A model generated the notes under the pieces. It was not told the origin of the DNA. It ran no database searches and saw only the letters and a list, made by a program, of their open reading frames with translations. Positions 7,665 through 17,099 of a stretch of 31,461 nucleotides of DNA are shown here, piece by piece (the first letter of the stretch is position 1; the number at the start of each line of letters is the position of its first letter). The stretch spans positions 1 through 31,461 of the IMG/VR virus record IMGVR_UViG_2778261696_000004; one strand, 5' to 3'. The translations under genes and the position numbers were made by a program. The DNA is from a virus. Taxonomy: Duplodnaviria; Heunggongvirae; Uroviricota; Caudoviricetes.

Positions 7665-8857
7665 TAATCATCATCCCCGTACAGTTTGCGGGTAACTTCT
7701 TCGTCTTCCTCCTCGTCTTCGTCCAGATCCTGTTCAAGCCATGCTTCGTTTGATATGCCTTCCGCATCGACATCACCATAACCACCTGTATCGACGATAT
7801 CGGCAATTTCTTCTCTACGATGCTCAATCCACAATGCCGCATCAGCGCGGCGGCTGGCGGCCCGTTCTCGCGCGATTTTATCCAGATCTTCAAGTGATGG
7901 AGCGCCAGATGCTGTTTGGTTTTCCTCATCATCGGTATTGGTCTTAGGAGCACGCAGATCGGCTTTGATTTGCTCCAGCATCAGGGGCGGCACTTTTCCT
8001 CCATGCGCCTCGATGAATTCAGCCGCTTCCAGCACTGACCAGTTATTTTCACGCTTTCGTTCGTATGCCAGCTTAACAATGCCAGCTTGCCCCATAGATA
8101 AAGCGTGCTTTTCCGCCTCCCGGCTTTCTTTTCGATAGTTATTCCGGATGCTGTAAATGGTGTTGATCAGGCTGCTTATCTGCGCGGAACAGCTGTTTAG
8201 CATGCTCGCGATACGGTATTCAGGCGGAGTACCTTCATCATCGTCTTTTTGCTGATCGCGCATTTCCTGCACCAGGCGAATACACGTATCCCTGGCGTTC
8301 TCCAGCATAAGGAGATGAGAAAGAGACTTTTCCAGAAGAGTGGTTTCCAGAACATCGGCCCCGGACCGACGCAACATAGCGCGCGCGGCCTTCCGCGCTT
8401 CAACGTTATCTATCAGGTAATCGCCAGCTTCGAATTCAAAGCGTTCACCATCATCATCCAGGGTGTCGCGTTCCAGGCGATCACGTAAGGTCCGGTGGGC
8501 GCGGGTGATCACGTCATGATCATCTGAACGATCATTTATGCGCTTATTTTGGCGCTTCGCATTCTCGACTGCGGCACTGACAACGGCATTAACTCTTTGT
8601 TTTTCCGCTGTTTCAGCCGCAATGTGATCACCTGCATGTTGATCATTAGAGTGATCAATGATCATGCTTTTTAGTGGCTTCCTGACTGGCTTATTTGGCT
8701 TGCGGCTGTCCGCTGTCCTGGTGTCTTCTTTGAAGGCACGGAGATAACGACGTGCGGTATTAGGGTTAAGATTAAACTCGGCGGCATACTGTGCGATGGT
8801 GTAACCACCATCTCGCGCCAGGCGAGCAAAATTCTTCTTGTGATCGTCCCAGGTCAC
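7664..8857 (-). CDS. pacA: PacA, terminase small/pac-recognition subunit (GTG start)
   Basis: 397 aa, the P1 PacA size; the pac hexamer clusters lie inside its 5' coding region, as in P1. Confidence 0.85.
   Translation of the reverse strand: MTWDDHKKNFARLARDGGYTIAQYAAEFNLNPNTARRYLRAFKEDTRTADSRKPNKPVRKPLKSMIIDHSNDQHAGDHIAAETAEKQRVNAVVSAAVENAKRQNKRINDRSDDHDVITRAHRTLRDRLERDTLDDDGERFEFEAGDYLIDNVEARKAARAMLRRSGADVLETTLLEKSLSHLLMLENARDTCIRLVQEMRDQQKDDDEGTPPEYRIASMLNSCSAQISSLINTIYSIRNNYRKESREAEKHALSMGQAGIVKLAYERKRENNWSVLEAAEFIEAHGGKVPPLMLEQIKADLRAPKTNTDDEENQTASGAPSLEDLDKIARERAASRRADAALWIEHRREEIADIVDTGGYGDVDAEGISNEAWLEQDLDEDEEEDEEVTRKLYGDDD
8478..8664. other. pac: pac packaging site: two clusters of (T/C)GATCA hexamers carrying 8 GATC Dam sites
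   Basis: Left cluster 8478-8534 (CGATCA, TGATCA, TGATCA, CGATCA) and right cluster 8625-8664 (four TGATCA), about 90 bp apart. P1 pac is described as hexamer repeats with Dam sites inside pacA. Confidence 0.75.
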
Positions 8858-8942
8858 TTATGCTTCCTTTCGTAAAAACTCTTTTTGACGCGAGGGTAAC
8901 GAAAGTCACATGTCAAAAGGCCCGGAACGGGCAAGCAATCAA

Positions 8943-9395
8943 TCAGATACGTGCGGATGTGGCATTACCGTAATGACGGTGCTGACGGGCCACCTTATTG
9001 AAAAGTTGACGCGCCATTACCCAAGGCTGGTGCTCCCGGCGTTCCTTTTCGTCCTGCGTCATATAGAGTTCGTTCTGGAGTTTTTCATCAAACCGGCGCG
9101 GAGCGCGGCTGCGGCGAAAGAATTCAGGATTCAGAGAGTGGATCTGAAATCTACGTGGGCGTGTACTGTCATCAATCAAAACAGACGAATACTTAGACAC
9201 AGCGATAGCCTTTAAGCGCAGATAAACATCGCGCTTATCGACATCCAGATGCGGGTATTCCTTTTCAAGAATTGCTGCGAGTTCTTTCGCTGATAGAAGA
9301 GATTTAGTGCGGATCATGTAATCCGCAATCTCGTACGATGTTATTCGTGAGTGATTTATTTCCATGAAGTGGCGTCCCTGCCAGTTAAGTAACAT
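8943..9395 (-). CDS. lpa: Lpa, late promoter activator (gp10)
   Basis: 150-aa ORF immediately upstream of pacA with a C1-operator-like site in front. Size and synteny match P1 lpa. Confidence 0.75.
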   Translation of the reverse strand: MLLNWQGRHFMEINHSRITSYEIADYMIRTKSLLSAKELAAILEKEYPHLDVDKRDVYLRLKAIAVSKYSSVLIDDSTRPRRFQIHSLNPEFFRRSRAPRRFDEKLQNELYMTQDEKERREHQPWVMARQLFNKVARQHRHYGNATSARI

Positions 9396-9465
9396 CCTGT
9401 CACCTACTGATTAGCCCATGTCAACTAATCAACGTGGGATATAATACCATCGATTAAAGAAATAG

Positions 9466-9482
9466 CAATACATTAGAGCAAT
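9466..9482 (-). promoter_or_regulatory. C1 operator-like site (ATTGCTCTAATGTATTG, 14/17) upstream of lpa
   Basis: 17-mer match on the minus strand between pdcB and lpa. Confidence 0.55.
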
Positions 9483-9483
9483 T

Positions 9484-10527
9484 TTATCTAACGCTCGACG
9501 AGTGACTTGTGATAGCGCCGACTCCAAGCGCGTAATCAAAGAACAATCGTTGATGCATCACCAGCCTACCGTGCGTCTTCTCCCAATTATCGCGGTCACG
9601 CTCAATATCACGCTGGCATGACTGGCACAGAGGAATTGCGTAAATGTCATGCGCGCATAATCGACTATGACGAACGATATAAGGCGTAATGTGAGCGCCA
9701 GCTCCCGCAGCTCCACACCCACAGCATGGACGGGAAGCAACAAAGTCCATGTACTCAGGTAATTTTAGCGATTGCAGTTTTGGTATTTTGAAATGCGCCA
9801 TGCCAGGGTCGGAGTCAACATCCACAGGGCATACTTTTGCACGCATCGGCGCGGCGCGTTCTTCCATCATCTGAACATATGCTGTAGCGCGATCGTCATA
9901 CGGGCGAATATCCGCCTCTTTCAGAGGTCCGCTATCCTGCGTTGCGGCTTTCATCTTATTTATTGATATACGGCAAACTTCTTCCGGCATCAGGTGCATC
10001 ATGTTGCGCATGAAAGCCCACCAGCACAGTTCCTGAATACTTAAATCATGGCCATCTGAAAGCCCCATTTCCTGACGGGCGACATCCAGTATCCAGTTAA
10101 CGCGATTATTATGCAGCGTTTCTTTCAGCTCATTAAAACCACGCATCCGGTAATGGTTATCGTGATGCCAGCACAACAACACCGCGCTATTGTCTCGTTC
10201 TGCGTGGACAATATGGTTGTCACACCAGCTACGATCTGCGGCCTGGCATTGCCCCTCTTTCCTGCGCAACCACGCCACCAGCGAGTCAATTCCACCAATA
10301 CGGCGAAACAGTTCATCGCTGTTAAAAAACGGCTGCAACGCCTCATTTGTTGCCATAGTTTGCTCGGAAACAACGAGGCCGTCGTCCATGTGCTCGATTA
10401 ACTCACGCGGCACCGGCTCCATAATAAATTTACGGCCAGCCTCCACCAGCTTTCTGACTTCCTGATCCACTTTGAATGTGGCGACGCCAAGCTCTTTTTG
10501 TACAAAGGGAGTAATTACGGCTTTCAC
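9484..10527 (-). CDS. pdcB: PdcB-like protein (post-doc), Cys-rich, 347 aa
   Basis: Follows doc-pdcA as in P1. Cys clusters (CCGCG, CQSCQ) suggest a zinc-binding or HNH-like module. Name assigned by synteny only. Confidence 0.5.
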   Translation of the reverse strand: MKAVITPFVQKELGVATFKVDQEVRKLVEAGRKFIMEPVPRELIEHMDDGLVVSEQTMATNEALQPFFNSDELFRRIGGIDSLVAWLRRKEGQCQAADRSWCDNHIVHAERDNSAVLLCWHHDNHYRMRGFNELKETLHNNRVNWILDVARQEMGLSDGHDLSIQELCWWAFMRNMMHLMPEEVCRISINKMKAATQDSGPLKEADIRPYDDRATAYVQMMEERAAPMRAKVCPVDVDSDPGMAHFKIPKLQSLKLPEYMDFVASRPCCGCGAAGAGAHITPYIVRHSRLCAHDIYAIPLCQSCQRDIERDRDNWEKTHGRLVMHQRLFFDYALGVGAITSHSSSVR

Positions 10528-10554
10528 ATCACACCTTTCATCACTGATTGGGCT

Positions 10555-10755
10555 TTATCTGCTGCCCGGCATTCTCTGTTTAAGCACAACCATTTCCTGA
10601 CGGCATAACACAGCAATAGCGGTCCTGGCACCAATTTGCTTACCAACCAGATATTGCTTTACCTCGCGGCGACTCACGCCATCAAGAAGCATCTTTAACG
10701 CTTCACGGGACAATTTGTTGTATTTACGTGCCATCAATCTACTCCGCGGAACCAT
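10555..10755 (-). CDS. pdcA: PdcA-like small protein, 66 aa
   Basis: Small ORF overlapping the doc 3' end, at the P1 pdcA position. Confidence 0.4.
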   Translation of the reverse strand: MVPRSRLMARKYNKLSREALKMLLDGVSRREVKQYLVGKQIGARTAIAVLCRQEMVVLKQRMPGSR

Positions 10756-11119
10756 ACAATCTACGTAACGTGTCGGCGACAGAAGATACAGATATCTCTC
10801 CGGTCGCAGCCCCTACGGTAAGGTCTGCCAGTTCAGGTGAATCAAATACCTGCACCCCGTTACGGCGTAAAAATAGCAGCGCACTGTTTAGCGCGGTACG
10901 CTTATTGGCATCATTGAATATATGCCCTCTCGCTGTAGCCACCAGGTAGGTGGCGGAGACTTCGAAAAGGTCGGTGATCTCTTCGTAGGCAACTCTGGCC
11001 TGAACTCTCCCGATAATGGCCTCTGCCCTACCCGGATCTGACATTCCCGGCAGGCCGCCGTAGCGGTTTATATTCGCATCATGAAGCGCAATAAGTTCTT
11101 CCGGTGATATATGCCTCAT
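10739..11119 (-). CDS. doc: Doc toxin (Fic-fold kinase) of the phd-doc addiction module
   Basis: 126-aa translation ([22 protein letters not shown]…) matches P1 Doc as recalled. Its start overlaps the phd stop. Confidence 0.95.
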   Translation of the reverse strand: MRHISPEELIALHDANINRYGGLPGMSDPGRAEAIIGRVQARVAYEEITDLFEVSATYLVATARGHIFNDANKRTALNSALLFLRRNGVQVFDSPELADLTVGAATGEISVSSVADTLRRLYGSAE

Positions 11120-11340
11120 TATCGGTTAACCAGTTCCTTGTTGGTGGAGTCCAGGGTGTCAAACAGGGATGCAAATTCAGCATCCAGCGCCGCTTTTTTG
11201 TAGGCTTCGAAAGTAGCCTTGCTGACAATTACTGCTGGCTCACGGCCTCTGCGGGTGATTTCAACCTCTTCCCCGGCTTCAACATTGTTGAGCACTTCAG
11301 AAAGGTTGCCGCGCGCGGTACGGAAGTTAATGGATTGCAT
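11119..11340 (-). CDS. phd: Phd antitoxin
   Basis: 73 aa from the ATG at 11340 ([49 protein letters not shown]…) matches P1 Phd as recalled. The ORF track extends 2 codons further to a GTG. Confidence 0.95.
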   Translation of the reverse strand: MQSINFRTARGNLSEVLNNVEAGEEVEITRRGREPAVIVSKATFEAYKKAALDAEFASLFDTLDSTNKELVNR

Positions 11341-11349
11341 AAACACCTC

Positions 11350-11370
11350 GTGTACTCGTTATGTGTACAC
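11350..11370 (-). promoter_or_regulatory. phd-doc operator: palindrome GTGTACAC (11363-11370) plus half-palindrome GTGTACTC (11350-11357)
   Basis: Two related 8-bp palindromic sites directly upstream of phd. Autoregulation of phd-doc by Phd/Doc binding to palindromic operators is established. Confidence 0.5.
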
Positions 11371-11412
11371 AATTATAAACTTCACAGGCATAAAGCACCA
11401 GCACTTTGCAGC

Positions 11413-11802
11413 TTAAATAACCGGACAATCATCAAATTCCCCACTTCGGGCATCATTGATGACATGCGTGATCACACCAAAAACAGCATTACTGCCCGTG
11501 TATCCATCGTCATCTACTGGTAACGCCTCTTTCTTCCCGGTGCTTAAATCCTCCAGGTGCTGGCGCGGATACTTTCGGTATCTCTTTATGCGATATTCAC
11601 CCTCCATAGCGCAGACAAGCAGCGAACCATCAACCGGAGTAAGCGAAGAATCAACCACCAGCAAAGCACCCTGCAATATTCCCTCACGGTGATGGCTGTC
11701 TGCCGCCCGCATGAAGTAGGTCGCTGATGGATGCCTGATTAGTTGCTGATCAAGAGAAATTCTGCTTTCAACATAATCCGCCGCAGGAGAAGGGAAGCCC
11801 AT
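11413..11802 (-). CDS. humD: HumD, UmuD'-like SOS mutagenesis accessory protein
   Basis: 129 aa with a UmuD-like C-terminal fold; a LexA box lies 20 bp upstream. Confidence 0.85.
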   Translation of the reverse strand: MGFPSPAADYVESRISLDQQLIRHPSATYFMRAADSHHREGILQGALLVVDSSLTPVDGSLLVCAMEGEYRIKRYRKYPRQHLEDLSTGKKEALPVDDDGYTGSNAVFGVITHVINDARSGEFDDCPVI

Positions 11803-11821
11803 AGCGTTTTCACCTCAATAA

Positions 11822-11841
11822 TACTGTTCATTTATACAGTA
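11822..11841. promoter_or_regulatory. LexA (SOS) box TACTGTTCATTTATACAGTA
   Basis: Perfect CTGT-N8-ACAG palindrome immediately upstream of humD and divergent from the ORF at 11977. Confidence 0.85.
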
Positions 11842-11976
11842 TACATTGAAGAGACACCTTTGGTGCAAACGCGTTACGTACATCAACCACCGCTGATGAT
11901 TTTGTGCTCTTTGCTACTATTCATCACCAACGGATCAGCGTAACCTCGTTGCCAATCAGTTAATAAGGAATTAGCT

Positions 11977-12295
11977 ATGCCTAATCGCATTCCTCTCATC
12001 TCTTAACGATATCAACGATGCGTTATATGAATACTGTGAAAAAACGAGCATCACAGATGCACCTGATGCATTTGTCGAGCTACCGGTATATCTCCGCGAC
12101 ATCTATGCAATACGAACACCGCCCGTATCGGTGATTCACATTGGCTATGTCCGCCTGTCCATCGAAGAAGATGAAGATCGTTATATCGTGCGCCACTATA
12201 CATTGGACAGAAAAGAACTTCCTAATGAATGGAACATGAGTAATTTCTACAACGGTGAATATGGCTTAAAATCCGCTAATAATTTACGGTCATAA
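11977..12295 (+). pseudogene. frameshifted or interrupted gene (ATG 11977 with AAGGA SD, stop after 9 codons; +1 frame stays open to 12295)
   Basis: A good SD+ATG opens a 9-codon ORF, while the overlapping +1 frame encodes about 97 aa with no canonical start before a GTG at 12131. Confidence 0.4.
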
Positions 12296-13157
12296 TCTAT
12301 ACAGGCATGCATAACAACAACGAGCCTATTAGCTGTCAACAACGTTATTTTCTCAAATAAGAAAAAGCAGAAAACAAATTGTTTAAGGTCACAAATTGTG
12401 GCCTTGATGGAGGAGGGAGGCTTATTGGCTATGGCTAAAAATCAAATTAGACACTTCATGTTGCTGTAGCTCATCAAGATCCGAGGCCACAAAACCTTTT
12501 CCGAAAAACTTCACAAGTAACTCACTAGCCGCATCATTGTCACCTATTACACGAAAGTCATACGGCAACGTCGCAAGTTGACGATGTAATCCTGCTGAGA
12601 AAGTCGAATCTAACAGCGCCCAGAATTCCCACCGCAGGATAATACTCGCCTCTTAATACTGTATATATGTTGTTACGATATGTTTTTCTGTCTCTAAAAA
12701 AAGATGTTAATAGAATGCTAACCATTGAAGGGGATAAAAATATACAATTCCAACAAACGTTATTTTTAACAATTTTTTTCTTTGCGTTGACTTTCCCGGA
12801 CACCTTGTCTGACCGAAGGTGCGCGAAAGCCACTTTTTCCTTCCTGAGTTATCCACAAAGTTATGCACTTGCAAGAGGGCCATTTTCTACATATTGTGGT
12901 GGCTAACAGATGAAATGAATGTAGATTAATTGAAGATAAGGAGAAAATTTGAGATGCAATCATGACGTTAATAGATAGGGTCTGCATTACAGACCCCACC
13001 CGCATCAAGGAATTAGCCGTTCCCTGATGTTTTTACGAAAACATGTGCCGTAAGCTCACGTTAACGACTTTCATTCACCGAATCCAACTATATAGGGGTT
13101 GGGTTTCTACGTCAACGTGAGCAAGTGCACCTTTACATTTGACAAGGAACCACCTGA

Positions 13158-13295
13158 ATGAACGCTTTTTTTCAGTTCCTGAGTGCATTTTTAGATGCGC
13201 CTATTATTAGCCAGATTCTGGCTATTATCCTCATCATCGTTTTGATTTTGCTTTTAAGGTCAGTAAAAAATGGAATTATGCACTGGCTTACTTAA
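13158..13295 (+). CDS. small hydrophobic membrane peptide, 45 aa (MNAFFQFLSAFLDAPIISQILAIILIIVLILLLRSVKNGIMHWLT)
   Basis: ATG with AAGGA SD 9 nt upstream; one predicted TM helix. Below the ORF-track cutoff. Confidence 0.3.
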   Translation: MNAFFQFLSAFLDAPIISQILAIILIIVLILLLRSVKNGIMHWLT

Positions 13296-13370
13296 TGTTT
13301 CAGTGAAACATTAAAATCTCCTTGATGTGGAAACAATCATTTTCTGTATGTGCTGGTGGGCACCTGTAGT

Positions 13371-13733
13371 TCAGCTTTCGTTGGCATTTAACTTCGTCTT
13401 TGCTTTCTCCACCAGCAACTTCCAGATGCCTATTTCATTAGCAGCCGCCTTGATGGCGGCATAAAAAGCATCTTGCTGATCGTAACGCTGGATCTGTTTT
13501 TTCAGTTTTGCCTCCACCAATTTAATTTCATTACGTGCTTTCTGAAGCCGCATCACCGCCCGGTTACGTCTGTTCTTGTATAGCGTGTTAATCTCTGACA
13601 ATTGCTTTAATTTACCAGCCTGACTGCGGATTATCGCCTCCCTGGCTTCTGCCGTGCGTCTCATCTGATCTCTTAAGAGTTCACCGTTTTCGATAATTCT
13701 TTCAAGGTGTTTGATGTGATCTGCAACTCTCAT
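13371..13733 (-). CDS. hypothetical protein, 120 aa, charged/coiled-coil-like
   Basis: ORF on the same strand as its neighbours; start overlaps the stop of the upstream gene (ATGA). Confidence 0.5.
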   Translation of the reverse strand: MRVADHIKHLERIIENGELLRDQMRRTAEAREAIIRSQAGKLKQLSEINTLYKNRRNRAVMRLQKARNEIKLVEAKLKKQIQRYDQQDAFYAAIKAAANEIGIWKLLVEKAKTKLNANES

Positions 13734-14095
13734 ACTTCACCCTCGCTTGTATCACCAGCGTCCACCAACGACAATAAAGCCCTGGCCATCTTATGAACCA
13801 ACAGTGCATCAATAATGCCAAGCGTATGCCCCGGCTTAATGTTTAATGCTGCCTCAAGATGAGGCCTTTCCAGACCGCTTTTCTCGGCTTGTTTATGATG
13901 ATATGGCGTAATAACGTCGCCCAAAACACGGCTAATTCTTTCTCGTAATTGCTGGGTGCCAGCACACTTGATCGCTGTATCGTGGAGACGGTTAACCAGT
14001 TCGCGATAAACATGCGGCTTAATGCGGATACGTTCACCGGTGACGCCCTTTCCTGGCGCTGGCACCGAACTACCCATGTGCGACGATGCCGCCAA
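13730..14095 (-). CDS. hypothetical protein, 115-121 aa (TTG start at 14095 or ATG at 14077)
   Basis: The ATG at 14077 overlaps the TAG of the upstream 28-codon peptide ORF (ATGGGTAG), suggesting coupling. Confidence 0.5.
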   Translation of the reverse strand: MAASSHMGSSVPAPGKGVTGERIRIKPHVYRELVNRLHDTAIKCAGTQQLRERISRVLGDVITPYHHKQAEKSGLERPHLEAALNIKPGHTLGIIDALLVHKMARALLSLVDAGDTSEGEV

Positions 14096-14156
14096 AAGTG
14101 ATAGAGAACAGCCAGAAATAGATCGCGGCCATAATGATTTTGAATGCCGTGTTCAT
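14070..14156 (-). CDS. small hydrophobic peptide, 28 aa (MNTAFKIIMAAIYFWLFSITFGGIVAHG)
   Basis: AGGAG SD 8 nt upstream of the ATG; first cistron after the operator at 14239-14255. Confidence 0.4.
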   Translation of the reverse strand: MNTAFKIIMAAIYFWLFSITFGGIVAHG

Positions 14157-14184
14157 ATTTTCAGCTCCTGTGATTGATTGGATA

Positions 14185-14215
14185 CATGCCGCGCCTTGCG
14201 GCATGTTTTTATTTT
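14185..14215 (+). terminator. plus-strand intrinsic-terminator-like hairpin (CATGCCGC-gcctt-GCGGCATG followed by TTTTTATTTT)
   Basis: 8-bp perfect stem plus T-run on the plus strand, lying in the 5' leader of a minus-strand operon. Confidence 0.4.
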
Positions 14216-14238
14216 CACTTCCCCTGTCTTAAAAATCA

Positions 14239-14255
14239 AGATTTATTAGAGCAAT
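14239..14255 (-). promoter_or_regulatory. C1 operator (ATTGCTCTAATAAATCT, 16/17)
   Basis: Near-perfect 17-mer upstream of the peptide / 121-aa / 120-aa operon. Confidence 0.7.
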
Positions 14256-14761
14256 TATTGTTGATGAAGAAGCGCATTTTCATACTCCCTGACCATGAAT
14301 GTAAGTACGCCGTGACTCCTGAAAATACGCGCCACTTCAATCTTATCTTCCAGCGCGAACGCGATTTTACTTAGACCAATTTTCTTAAGGAGATCAATCT
14401 TTGCTGGGCCGTCATTTCTGTCATCGGTGGCAGGACGCATAGATAGCAAAGGCTCAGCCCCGTTTGTTACGTACTTCCGCAGCCAGGCTCGTGTTTTATC
14501 CCTTGCGATCTCACAGCGCCCAGTTACAAACCAGACCGTGTAAACGTTAAATAACTGGCGCACCATATCAATAACTGGAGTGATGGGTGTATCGGTGTCA
14601 CAGGCGAGATTAAACTCGTTCCAGTCCTTTGTTAATGCACCTTTACCTGGTGGCGGAAGCAAATGCAGTCTGTCTTCAGTTGCCTCTGATATTGTTCCAT
14701 CAATATCGACTATGACGATATACGGACGTTCCTGGTGTGCGTGTTTATTGAAAATACTCAA
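14255..14761 (-). CDS. HAD-superfamily phosphatase-like protein, 168 aa
   Basis: N-terminal DxDGT motif (IVIVDIDGTIS) typical of HAD phosphatases / polynucleotide 3'-phosphatases. Confidence 0.55.
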   Translation of the reverse strand: MSIFNKHAHQERPYIVIVDIDGTISEATEDRLHLLPPPGKGALTKDWNEFNLACDTDTPITPVIDMVRQLFNVYTVWFVTGRCEIARDKTRAWLRKYVTNGAEPLLSMRPATDDRNDGPAKIDLLKKIGLSKIAFALEDKIEVARIFRSHGVLTFMVREYENALLHQQ

Positions 14762-14833
14762 ATGCCCTCCTCATTGGACGAAAAAAATGCTGGTGGGCGC
14801 ACTCCACCAGCATTAAAAGTGACACTGTAACTA

Positions 14834-16096
14834 TCAGCGAACGTAAATAGTGCCGCCGTTCTCTTTTTCCCATGCATCGCTACGTGCATAGCAAACATCG
14901 AGAAGTCTTCTTGCCGCTGTTTCCTCTAAACCCAATTCGACAACCAACTGCTCATGACGGCGGGTAACCACATCAAACAGGGTATGCAGCCCTTTAGCTG
15001 CCAGATCATCAATAAATTCCGGTTCGAACGGCAGCTCTGCATCTGCCAACATAACCTCTTGCGCCCACTCAACTCGACGGACCAGTTCCGGGCGGCGGCT
15101 TTCCATCTCTTTACAGATCAATTCATGGAAGAACTCTACCCAACCTTCCGGCTGGAACTCGCGGAAAATGGCCAACGGCTGGAAGTTTGGCATCAACCAT
15201 TCGTTGATCCGGATATCAATGGCATAGCCCATGTCGCAGCAGAACTGATAAGCAAAGTCCAGCTTAGAAACGATATAAGGACGCTCGTTATTGAACTCTT
15301 TAGGCGATGAGATCCCATAAGCCAGGAGGCGCGGGAAGAATGAGATTTGCCCTAACGTCGGATGGAGTTTGCTTGCAGGGAAACGGCGCTCAGTAATGCC
15401 ATACATTTCCTTCTTGAGCGTCGCAAATTTGGCGTTTTCATTAACCAGCTCGGTAACCTCTGCTTTCTTATTAGCAAATGCCACGCGCGCCTCGCTTGCA
15501 TCTTTAATAGCCTTTTTGAGCTGTTGGTTAAGGTCGACAATCTGCTTACGCAGTTCCTGTCGCTCGCTTTTGGCTTTGTTATAGCGTTTCTCAAGGTTAA
15601 AAGGATCAAGTTTCATGATCTCTTTATATTGAGATTTTAGAGTTGAAATCTGTGAGTTCCGCAGCACAACCATCGCGGTCATTTCATTGAGTTTTGTTTC
15701 CAGCTCAATGCTTATACGTTCGGCATTATCAGCACGCTGGTTGGCGTCATGCGTCGCATCTTCGATCGCGTCCTGTTGCTGGCGTTTCAAATGTTCAATT
15801 TCCAGCTGAAGCTCTTCAATTTCTTTACCCTTCAGACCGAGATCCAACTGCATATTTTCAGCTGCATCTACCAGGGAGTTATGGCTATCAGCTTCTGCGT
15901 TATAAACATCAATAAGCTGTGCGTGAAGCATCTCCGCTGACTGAACCGCATTATCAAAAAAACGCGCTGTGAGGTCATCACAACTAACGCGGCGTTGCGC
16001 GGCTCGGATGTTCTGGATAATGGCCGGGATACCGGCATTCAGGACGTCAGGGATAGATACATTTTCGATTGATTGGTTTTGTGCTGAAGTGCTCAT
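14834..16096 (-). CDS. hypothetical protein, 420 aa, N-terminal coiled coil
   Basis: Long ORF; heptad-rich 100-230 region; no catalytic motif recognised. Confidence 0.5.
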   Translation of the reverse strand: MSTSAQNQSIENVSIPDVLNAGIPAIIQNIRAAQRRVSCDDLTARFFDNAVQSAEMLHAQLIDVYNAEADSHNSLVDAAENMQLDLGLKGKEIEELQLEIEHLKRQQQDAIEDATHDANQRADNAERISIELETKLNEMTAMVVLRNSQISTLKSQYKEIMKLDPFNLEKRYNKAKSERQELRKQIVDLNQQLKKAIKDASEARVAFANKKAEVTELVNENAKFATLKKEMYGITERRFPASKLHPTLGQISFFPRLLAYGISSPKEFNNERPYIVSKLDFAYQFCCDMGYAIDIRINEWLMPNFQPLAIFREFQPEGWVEFFHELICKEMESRRPELVRRVEWAQEVMLADAELPFEPEFIDDLAAKGLHTLFDVVTRRHEQLVVELGLEETAARRLLDVCYARSDAWEKENGGTIYVR

Positions 16097-16097
16097 T

Positions 16098-16316
16098 TCA
16101 AAGTTCCGTATTAGCTTGTGCTTCGGTCATTTTTCCTAAGTATGAAGGTGGAAGGACTACGCAATTTGTATCCAGTCCCTCACCTATGGCAGCCTGTAAA
16201 ATTCTGGCTAAAGTGAGTCTCTTGTTGCGATACCTGGTGATGACATGCCTGATACCGCCGGTCGGCGTAACAAAGGCGATCAGCCAGTAGTGATATTTCC
16301 GTCGGAATGGCCACAT
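16098..16316 (-). CDS. hypothetical small protein, 72 aa
   Basis: ORF immediately downstream of the operator at 16331-16347 and 2 nt upstream of the 420-aa gene. Confidence 0.4.
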   Translation of the reverse strand: MWPFRRKYHYWLIAFVTPTGGIRHVITRYRNKRLTLARILQAAIGEGLDTNCVVLPPSYLGKMTEAQANTEL

Positions 16317-16330
16317 AGTGCACCTTGTAG

Positions 16331-16347
16331 ATTGCTCTAATAAAAAA
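16331..16347 (+). promoter_or_regulatory. C1 operator (ATTGCTCTAATAAAAAA, 14/17)
   Basis: 17-mer match; left member of an operator pair flanking the hairpin at 16344-16371. Confidence 0.6.
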
Positions 16348-16371
16348 CGTGATGAGTGTACATCACGTTTT
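16344..16371 (-). terminator. Hairpin terminator (AAAACGTGATG-agtgta-CATCACGTTTT) between two C1 operators
   Basis: 11-bp perfect inverted repeat with a flanking T-run on the minus strand, directly after the stop of the 233-aa gene. Confidence 0.55.
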
Positions 16372-16379
16372 AAAAATAT

Positions 16380-16396
16380 GGAATTATTAGAGCAAT
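16380..16396 (-). promoter_or_regulatory. C1 operator (ATTGCTCTAATAATTCA, 14/17)
   Basis: 17-mer match; right member of the operator pair. Confidence 0.6.
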
Positions 16397-16397
16397 A

Positions 16398-17099
16398 TTA
16401 TTCTGATTCTCGCTCAAAAAACGAGCTGATAAGGGGAAGCCAATCCTCTGACACTTCGCGAGGTCGCGGTTTGCCGTGGAAAAAGATTATTCGGCAGTCT
16501 TTTGGTAATGCCCCATTCCCCCTGGAGTAACGCGCGCTCGCATATTTTGAACCAGGTTCCACAACATCGGCCTTGTAACTTACAAACCATCCTGGATACA
16601 GATCCTGAAATGCTGGTGTATCATCGCCCATAACCTTTCGTAAGAACCCCTGGTCACCCCAGCACTCAGTAGTGACACAACGAGAAATCCAACCTTCCGG
16701 ATCTTGCCAGAATGAACTCCAGATATGCGCTTTAACACTATTTGGTATCCACAGGGCACCGCTGCCACGATATTGTGGATGGTAAAAATCCCTAAGCATG
16801 GTGAAGCTGGTTGGTGGATGCTCTAGGATTGGGCGTATATCACCGGCAATAACCGTGTCCAAATCCAGATAGAACAGATCATCGGTTATATCCGGTCGGA
16901 ACAACTCGATTTTCGCCCACCAGCCACGGCACTTTTGCCACTGGTTGATCAATGGGACAACTTTGACGCCAGGTACATGTAAACGCTTCAGGTCTGTCAG
17001 GCAAATAATTTCATAGCCTTTTGGCAGTTGATTAACCAGCCACTGCACATCGGAAGCGTTATAGTCACCACCAGAGCGAAAAACTAAAGCAATCTTCAT
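16398..17099 (-). CDS. hypothetical protein with DxD-like motif (FYLDLDTVI), possible GT-A-type glycosyltransferase, 233 aa
   Basis: DLD motif after a hydrophobic strand is reminiscent of nucleotide-sugar transferases. Weak, motif-level only. Confidence 0.35.
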   Translation of the reverse strand: MKIALVFRSGGDYNASDVQWLVNQLPKGYEIICLTDLKRLHVPGVKVVPLINQWQKCRGWWAKIELFRPDITDDLFYLDLDTVIAGDIRPILEHPPTSFTMLRDFYHPQYRGSGALWIPNSVKAHIWSSFWQDPEGWISRCVTTECWGDQGFLRKVMGDDTPAFQDLYPGWFVSYKADVVEPGSKYASARYSRGNGALPKDCRIIFFHGKPRPREVSEDWLPLISSFFERESE

